DNA of 64,000 nucleotides. Origin: Octopus sinensis. Its lineage: Eukaryota. Position numbers and translations under genes: made by a program. The number at the start of each line of letters is the position of its first letter. The first letter of the stretch is position 1. The stretch covers positions 18,848,001-18,912,000 of the forward strand of contig NC_043012.1 in the NCBI RefSeq assembly GCF_006345805.1, read 5' to 3'. The notes below the pieces were generated by a model. The model was not told the DNA's origin. It worked only from the letters and a program-made list of their open reading frames with translations, and searched no databases. This document shows positions 55,651 through 64,000 of this stretch, piece after piece.

Positions 55651-58600
55651 ATATCCTCTAAGTACAATTGTTTAATGATATGCAGGCATATGTACAACAT
55701 TCATGGGATTCTTTATGTGAGGGTCTTCCTTTCAGCATATCGTGCACGCAGAGATATATACACAAACATTTACACTACGATGTTATACCTACAGCATAGA
55801 ATTATTCACACAGGACCCATATGTATTATTCACACTCTTATTCATTTAAGTATTCATGTGTTTTTGTGTGAGATTGACGCGTTGTACATACCTGAACATA
55901 CACTTGTATGTGCACATGCGTATATGAGTTACACAGTCTGAATATAATTGTGTGTGCGTATGTGGAGATGAGGGTTATGATATGTAGCAAGCTTCATGCA
56001 CTCTGGAACATTAATGTATATTATTAAGGAAGTCCCTATGAAAAGTTATATAGCATATAGTACTTTCTTTCGTAAAATGTAATGCTAAATCAGCGAGTCA
56101 GTAATAGCAGATGTTGTCCTTAAGTTTAAATTTCTTTCGCAAAAATATGTTCATGCATAATGAATAATGTTAGGGGGAATGAAATGGATAGCATAGATAG
56201 AAATTTTGAATTATACTCTGCAACTGCGTGGGCGTGCTAGCAACAGAAATATCGCAGAATCCAAGTTTAGGTAATATGTACTTATATTAAGAATTAGAAC
56301 TACACCTACATATAAATACACCGGATTGTCAGTTCTGAAATCCTTTAAATGTTAAGCATATTCTGTGTTAAACAAGAAAATTAACGACTGAAAAATAACA
56401 CACAATTATAATATATATTTTACTGAATCCGCAATGTAGCAGCCAAAATTCCATTACATCACACACCAACGTCTTAATAAAACGTGAGAGGACAGTGGAT
56501 TGTAGAGGTTTAAATAATGTATACTTGGTAGAAGCAACGTCTGCTGCAATACTTCCATTCATAAGGAGACATGATCGGGGAATATATGTGGCTAACCACC
56601 AATATAAAAACAAAATCCATCATGTAAATTCTACATATATCTACAAATTCTACTTTACATCAAATGTTATCAATATAGGTACTATATATAGACAGCGAAC
56701 TATAAATTCAAATGAATATAAACGAAGCGATTATTTTGTGTGTTAGAATAATGCGGAAGTAATTACATTATAATCACAAACTTATTAGATTCTCTGAAGA
56801 GTGGGGAGTAGAAAAACACATTTAGATGGCTGTGTAATTACGATTTATATATTTTTATAGTGGTCATATAAATAGTGTAAAAGAAAAACAACGATTGGAA
56901 AGAATAAAATTCGGGAGAGATGAATGATGTGGAAGTAGAGGAATAAGATTTTAAAACAAATCGAACACCAAAGAAGAACAAAAAAATATAACAAATAGAG
57001 ACAAAATTTTTATAAAATGTTAGAGAGCGATCAACACGAACAACAACAAGAACTAATGCGAGAATTAAAAAACATACATCAAAAAAGCTAATTCAAAACT
57101 ACGAGTTAAATGAACAGAAGTTGTGAAAAAAAAAAACATTAACATTCTCACTGTCTTGTTTTTCCTTGTGAAAAAATTGACATTAATTTTATGTAATCTC
57201 AGCTTTGATGTTTACTTCAATTGTTTAGTGTGTAAATTAGAATTTGATGCAGCTGCACCACCAGCTGCTGCTACTACTGCTACTCCTCTTACTGCTACTC
57301 CTGCTACTGCTGTAGATATCAAGTGTAGTGCTCTTTCTGACGTTACTAAATTATGGACAATGCCTGAACAAAATTGAAAAGGGAATATGGTTTTCTTACA
57401 CGCACACAGACGCACATGCATATGTGCACTTTCGCACATACACACACAAGAACATTTATACACAACTATGCATTTATGTGTGAGCGTGTTTGTGTGTGTG
57501 TATGTGTGTGTGTGTGTGCGTGTGTGTGTGTGTTTATATATACATATATAGATACATATATGTCTATATGTATCTGCGTAGATATGGAACAAGGTGTGCA
57601 TGCGCTCGTGACTAGATTATATAAAACACAGCCTGCAAGAACATATTATTATATTGGGAAAAGAATTAAGTTAATCTGCTTCGGGAAAGGGAATACATTA
57701 TCGGCACTTGGAGGGTTTAATTAGGGTTTTAAAAAATCATGCAAGTTGCCATTGCGTAAGGTTTGTTATTTCATCGTCTTTTTGAGAATTCCAAATACTT
57801 TTCGTACAAATACAAAATATCCTTCAAACAGCAAAACGCCTTTACGTAATGATATGAATTCAGGTGTATCTGAGCTGTAAAGCTTATGCAAATTCAAATT
57901 GATTCCTTGAGGAACTGTGAATGTAAATCTGCTGAAAATTTTTGCAAGTTTTTTTTACCGTGCTTTTATACACACATGGCGTTTACATTGTTATAAGTTG
58001 GCTTAAATCATTAATTCCAGTATACGCGATATAGATTTTAAAAATTATCTATATATGTTTACACATGCATGCATACATAAATACATACATACATAAACAT
58101 ATATTATGTAGTCGTATAGTATATTCTTGGTTAGTTATACAACTCTTCAGACAGTTGCCATTGGTACCAAACCTGCTATTGCATATGGCTGGTCGGAATC
58201 AGGTAACCTCCTTCGCAATGTGGGTAAAATAGAGTTCCTGTCTATTCGGTGGTGCGAAATAGCTGAAACTGAGAGAAAGAGATTTACCTCTTCTTGGACG
58301 TTTCCAACTGTACAAATTGTGTCAATTTGTGTAGGGGTTGTTTGTTTACCGTCTTTCCCTTGACGGTAAACAGGGAAGACAACATTTTCAAACTGAATTA
58401 TCTCTCATCAGTGCATTAGCTAATAATTTCACATTTTTTGTTTTCATAAACACACTAGGATAATTTTCGTCGGCCAACTGACTAATATCGTAACGTTCCA
58501 CGTATATGAGATCCCAAAGACGGACCAGTGGGCGTTCCACTACTCCGAATTTTTCCGGGTTTCTATTCTTTCGTTCACACTGCTGAGCTGTTGTTGATGA

Positions 58601-59359
58601 AGACGATGTTGCTGCCACGGGTGGACTCCAACTCTTCGGTGTAGACTACGGTCTTAATATTACATACACAATCTACTGCGCTCTTACCGTTAAGCTTTCC
58701 GTATCGTCCTGGCTCGGTGTGCCTTTCCGGCTGCACTAATACCTTTCTACGCTAGTAAGACAGCTAAAAGAGGCCCTTCAAATATGTCTGTTGAAAAAAT
58801 CTAACTGTGAAGCAGTGTGAAGAGCATGTCTAGTAATATAATAAGACACAACCCACGCACGTTTGAGGAATATAAATTATGCGGCCGTTAACTCCGCCTT
58901 CTCTCAGTTTCTCATTATAAAAGAAGGCGCTGGGTCAAATATGTATTTATCCAAGGAAGTCCTTAAACAGTATTTGGATGACAGGATGCAGCCTTTCATC
59001 TGCTTAGCAGACTGGTGAACCGTGCAAAACGTACACAAATTGCCCCATTTCGAACAAAATTGAACACGATGAAGAGTTAATTTTTTCTTTCGCATAATAA
59101 GGTATGCGCTTCCCGACAGCATGTCTGATGAGTCGACTGTATTTCCAAGTAACAATGTAAACTTCCTGAACGTTATATGCCACAACTAACGATAGACTAC
59201 ACAACTTTATAAAATATAACTGCTGAAACTGTCTTCTTTTAGAGTGTTATTTCTTTCTGACTTATAGACAAATATATATGTGTCTGTGTGTATGTGCATA
59301 TATATGCATATATATAAATACATATGCATATATGTGTGTGTGTGTGCATACATATCCTA

Positions 59360-59608
59360 CTGTAAGCATAGTGGCCATCGGTCACTGATTTGCAACAAGC
59401 AAAACAAATAGCAGTAAAGCCTCACGGAAATACCATGCAACAGAGAAATTGCTTGTGGTTAAACTAGTGGTAACATTCAGCTGCCACTTTGATAAGGTGA
59501 CTAGCTTTACTATTTAGTATACGTTACTACTCTGGTCCCTTCGTGAAATTTTACACTTATCTACTTTGTTTGTTGCAAATCAGTAACCGATGATCACATT
59601 GTTCACAA
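59360..59608. mobile_element. foldback MITE with long imperfect TIRs and TA flanks
   Basis: ctgtaagcatagtggccatcggtcactgatttgcaacaagcaaa versus the reverse complement of the right end, ttgtgaacaatgtgatcatcggttactgatttgcaacaaacaaa. Confidence 0.8.
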
Positions 59609-59799
59609 TATATTGCCAGAGTCAGCGGACTCTGACTATCGTTCACGCGTCCGAGGATAGGACAAATAGCAGGATACTGAGTCAGTCTCGTGATACTGAT
59701 ACTGCTAAAGGGTGGTAAGTGTTCGCTCCCTTCGTTAACAATGTAATATATATCAAGGGTCCAGAGCTACATCGAAAACCAGCTGGCGGAAGATATACC

Positions 59800-59912
59800 T
59801 GGGGTTAAACCAGTAGTAACATTAGTCAGCCACTTTGATGTGGTGACTGATTTTACTGTGTATTGTAGTTAATACACTGGTCTCTTTGTGAGTTTGTAAA
59901 CTAGCTATTTTT
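59800..59912. repeat. diverged partial copy of the MITE interior (59455-59567)
   Basis: ggttaaac.agt.gtaacatt...gccacttt..tg.ggtgact...ctggtc.ctt.gtga is shared. Confidence 0.75.
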
Positions 59913-60118
59913 CTTACATATATATATAAATATACATATATATATATATATATCTCGCCTCACACACACACATACACACACGCACACGCACACACTCACA
60001 CATACACACACACCTGTTGCGTTACCAACCTTGTCTCCACTCATTTGCCTTTAAAAACCCACTTTGCCCTTGTTATCGTAAACACCAGTCGTCTTTTTCC
60101 TCTCTCTTCCTTCTTTAT

Positions 60119-60155
60119 GTTTCCGACGAAGAGCTCCGCTCGAAACGTCATACCT
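60119..60155 (+). ncRNA. minimal hammerhead-ribozyme-like motif
   Basis: gttt-CCGACGA-a-GAGC-tcc-GCTC-GAAAC-GTC-atac. U4->C; stem III is reduced to the ACGT palindrome. Confidence 0.55.
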
Positions 60156-60253
60156 CACTGCTTCTATTTCCTGAGCGCCTATTAATAATAATACTGTAAT
60201 TGTTCCATTGTTGTTGTTTTTTTGTTTCCCGTTTGGATTAAAATTATATATAT

Positions 60254-60302
<49 letters not shown>

Positions 60303-60307
<5 letters not shown>

Positions 60308-60586
60308 TTTATGCGCCCTTTTCAAGCCTAACCAGGCTCATGGGTCCGTTTTCACGGTTTCTATGGCTGGACGGGTCGCCGGTCCATCTCAGCGTTACTC
60401 AAGAAACAGGAAGAACGAGTGGGAGAAATTTGGGGCGAAAGAGTACAACAGGGATCGCCACCACCCCTGCCGGAACCACGGGAAACTTTAGGTGTTTTCA
60501 CTCAATAAACGTACACAAAGCCCGGTCTGGGATTCGAAACCGCGATCACCCGACCGCGAGTCCGCTGCCCTAACCATTGGGCCATT
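60303..60586 (-). mobile_element. SINE type C head with a third tail type
   Basis: Head colinear with 55650. Tail gagatggaccggcgacccgtccagccatagaaaccg...gcttgaaaagggcgcataaatg. Confidence 0.88.
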
Positions 60587-60965
60587 CTGTGTGTGTGTTC
60601 CTGTGTGTGTGTGTACGTGCGTATGTTTGTGTGTATGAATGAATGTATGTCATAATTGTTTGTGTATTTGGCTTGCATTCATAAAATTCTGCATTCCGTT
60701 TATCGAACCTGGTGATGTCTTCTCTCTATGCATGCTGCTTTATCCTACAAGGTAAAACTCATAATCCAGTAACTGTCAATGCCGGTCTTTCCTCCTTTCA
60801 GCTGGCGCAGTTTCGATATTCTATTTTGGCAACGAAGTGGATTTATACGTTATAGCGTGTATACATTTACGTACAGAGATAGGCGCTTCAAAATTATATT
60901 ATAGTGGTACAGAGACGCAGGAAGTACTTGTTAGGATATGTATACATGTGTTTCCACGTTTATAC

Positions 60966-61048
<83 letters not shown>

Positions 61049-61059
61049 CACACACACAC

Positions 61060-61123
<64 letters not shown>

Positions 61124-61434
61124 CTATGTATCGATATCTATAACTAAATATATAGACATGCGTGTGTGTGTGTGCGCGCGCTCGCGCGCCCACGTAATTA
61201 CATGTATGTACGCATCTTGCGTGCGTTTGAGTCTGTGTGTATGTACGTAGAAGCAGCTTTATGAGATTTTATATGTAACTCAATCATCTATGCAAACCTA
61301 AGATTTTCCCCCTGCACTGGTTCGTGGAGAGTATTAGTGACAAATTGCTGAGAGTACTAGTTGCAAATTGTTGTGTTGCTAGACGAAATGTTATAGAAAT
61401 ATCTACTTCTCCTGAGTTGAATTTAACGAAGAGT

Positions 61435-61719
61435 GTATCAGCTGATACGTTCAATGAAACAGCTTGCTCCTGAAATTAACGTGCAAGTGGCTGAGTACAC
61501 CACAGACACGTGTACCTTTAATGTAGTTCTGAGAGAGATTCAGCGTGACACAGAGCGTGACACGGCTGGCATTTTGAAATAGAGATACTACTCATTTTTG
61601 CCAGCTGTGTGGACGGGAGCAATGTGAAATAAAGTGTCTTGCTCAAGGACACAATGCCTCGCCGGGAATAGAACTCTCGATCGTGAGCCGAATTCTCTAA
61701 CCACAAAGCCACGCGCCTT
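61435..61719 (-). mobile_element. tRNA-derived SINE type D
   Basis: Minus strand AGGCGCGTGGCTTTGTGGTTAG...GAGTTCTATTCCCGG...TGTGTCCTTGAGCAAGACACTTTATTTCAC. Confidence 0.85.
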
Positions 61720-64000
61720 CTGATTTCAAATTCTAAATGGACGGCAGTAAATACGCTGCCTAAAGTTTATTGTGTTTTTCATTTCTGCCGTTGTTTTTGC
61801 TGAATTCAGACATATTGCCATCGTACAATTGGTCTAAAAAAATTTGCATTACATTTTTGTTATGTTTTGAGGTTGATTTGCTAGATCTTGTTGCTACCAT
61901 TGACGACGATGATGTTGGTGATATCGTCGATAATTATGACGATGGTAGTGATGGTAATAATGATGTTGTTGATGACGGCGATGACGACGTCGGCAACGAT
62001 TTTCATTTTCATGATGGACACGTCTCTAATAATGATGATGATTCAGTGATTTGTTTTCTGCTACAGAATTACCATCTGCTGTTTAATTATTTTAAATCCA
62101 CTTACCAATCAATTGAGAAGTTTTTTTCTTAACTTCTTCTCAAAGCTGTGATTTTATCGCTTTTTCTCATTCTCTTCCTGTATTTCCAATTCTCTCACTA
62201 AAGCTTGCGCATGTGCATACAGATATGCATGCCTGTATGCCTACTTATAATTACATACATTTGTGTGGGTAGGGGTGGAGGTTGGTACACTTATTTGTTT
62301 TCTCTGCGCAAGTTATTGTATTTCTATACATTTATTTACGTATTTTATCGGATAATTCCGTTCGAATATACATTTTTTACATTTAGTTAGACATTGTGTT
62401 TGTCAATGTGTGCGTATATGTATTCTTTTATGTTTTCTGCAAACTTAGAAAGCGCGTTATTAAAATTGCCATTGTTATTAAAGCTATTAAAGCACAGAAG
62501 TGTCAGATTCTTTAGTAGCTGAAAAAAATGACATTTGGTATATCTTCCAGCACTTAAATGTATTCATTAGAATACATTCTCTGTTCAAATGCTACCGAAT
62601 CCTAATTCGTTTTCATGCTTTTCGGTCGGGGATATGGTATAAAAATTTCGCCAAAAATAAATTTTTTTTAAATAATTTTTAAAAATGTTTTTGTTTGTTC
62701 TACATCACAAATCATTGATTTCATCATCGCTACCTTTCACAAGTCATCAAAAACATTAATCTCTACCTTCATTAACATATAAAACATCCTCGAGTTTTAT
62801 CATCACTACAAATATTAACAACTTTACAAGAAATAGCTTCCTGATTATTATCACTGTCGTCATTAGAAAGAAATAATTATCTCATGTCAATCATAATCAT
62901 GATTATCCTCTTCTTCATAATAATACAAACCTGTTCATCATCATTTTGTCACAATCACCATCACTATTGCTATCATGACCGTCATCTTCACTACTGTCTA
63001 CGCTTTCACTATTTTCTCTACTTGAAGGTCGATATCTTCTTCATTGAAGTATCTTGATATCACCTTTATTTTTATCACTATATTTTATACTTCCTGCTAA
63101 TTAGTCGATTGTGACTACAATCATTTCCTACTAATTATGTTAGCTCGAATTATTGAAGTAGATTTCCAAGGAATTTCAAAGAGACGTCACATAAGCATTG
63201 CAATAGTGAAGAAGCTCAGACAGCTATTTCAGCCATAGTTGGTATTCGTTAGCCATAAGCTTATAGTAAATGATCTATTTTCAACAGACAGACTAACAGA
63301 ATTTCAAGGTCCATGCAGAACCCACTTATCATTTACGTTGGTACTTTCGTTGTATCTATCTATCTATCTACATGCATACATACAAAAAGAAACACCCACG
63401 CACATTCATTAATCGTACGAAAAGTATTTGTTACGCATATTCATATCAAGACGCCTTTGCATTCAATCATCTTTTCCCGCTGGTTGGTTTCCTTTCCCTT
63501 ACTCTAGACGTCGAAAAGCTTGCGAGCTCTTGAGGATAAGAGATTGAATTGTGTAAGACTGAAAAGATATGTTCCAGAGTGGAAACGGCAAGTGTACATA
63601 CAGATGCATACGAATTCCATAGAAAGAGGATACAAGGAGCAGAGTTGCAACAAAATAAGACATGACAAAAATATTAAAATTCTCCACGTAAGTACACAGA
63701 TGTATCATAAGTTTGTATAAATCATGAATAATATAATATTTTGCAATCTAACATTTTTGGATTTAACATGAAAACGTGTTGCAAAATTGGATAAAGTGGC
63801 GTCGGAATGTAGATTCAATCAACTGAACAAGACTTGTATGCTATTTTTCGTACATAATCGTTTAAAAGTATTAAGTCCATTTGAGAAATATTCATCAAAT
63901 TTACGTGAATGACAAAATTGATGTGTAACGAACTGTCATGTTTTAGGTATTTGCTTGATCTTCCGCTCTTTTACATCCATTTAAAACATAGAACTTAACA

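Noticed and set aside
57194-57204. miR-216-like TAATCTCAGCT (and miR-33/miR-277-like words at ~51531 and ~33369)
   Set aside because: Only partial matches, with no precursor hairpin.
58130-58790. Possible LINE 5' end/ORF start (MAATSSSS...)
   Set aside because: No diagnostic motif could be confirmed by eye.

Overview
This is AT-rich eukaryotic non-coding DNA saturated with (TA)n, (CA)n, (TATC)n, (GA)n and (TAA)n microsatellites. The SINE types and microsatellite load resemble an octopus (coleoid cephalopod) genome; this is recalled similarity, not a database result. I recognise no intact protein-coding gene, rRNA or true tRNA, and nearly all listed ORFs are microsatellite or SINE read-through. 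The window holds about 20 tRNA-headed SINE copies in four head types, two non-autonomous Helitrons, two TA-flanked MITEs and a decayed DD37D-like mariner. It also holds remnants of RLE-clade (R4/Dong-like) and CR1/L2-like LINEs, and Penelope-like element (PLE) remnants with RT and GIY-YIG motifs. The most notable signal is a dispersed set of about 10 hammerhead-ribozyme-like motifs, including an intact-core copy at 30361-30470 (-) whose stem II is expanded into a long hairpin. Also notable are a MITE that captured a SINE fragment, a SINE whose middle was replaced by an inverted copy of nearby DNA, head/tail shuffling among SINEs and Helitrons, and microsatellite-bounded tandem duplications.
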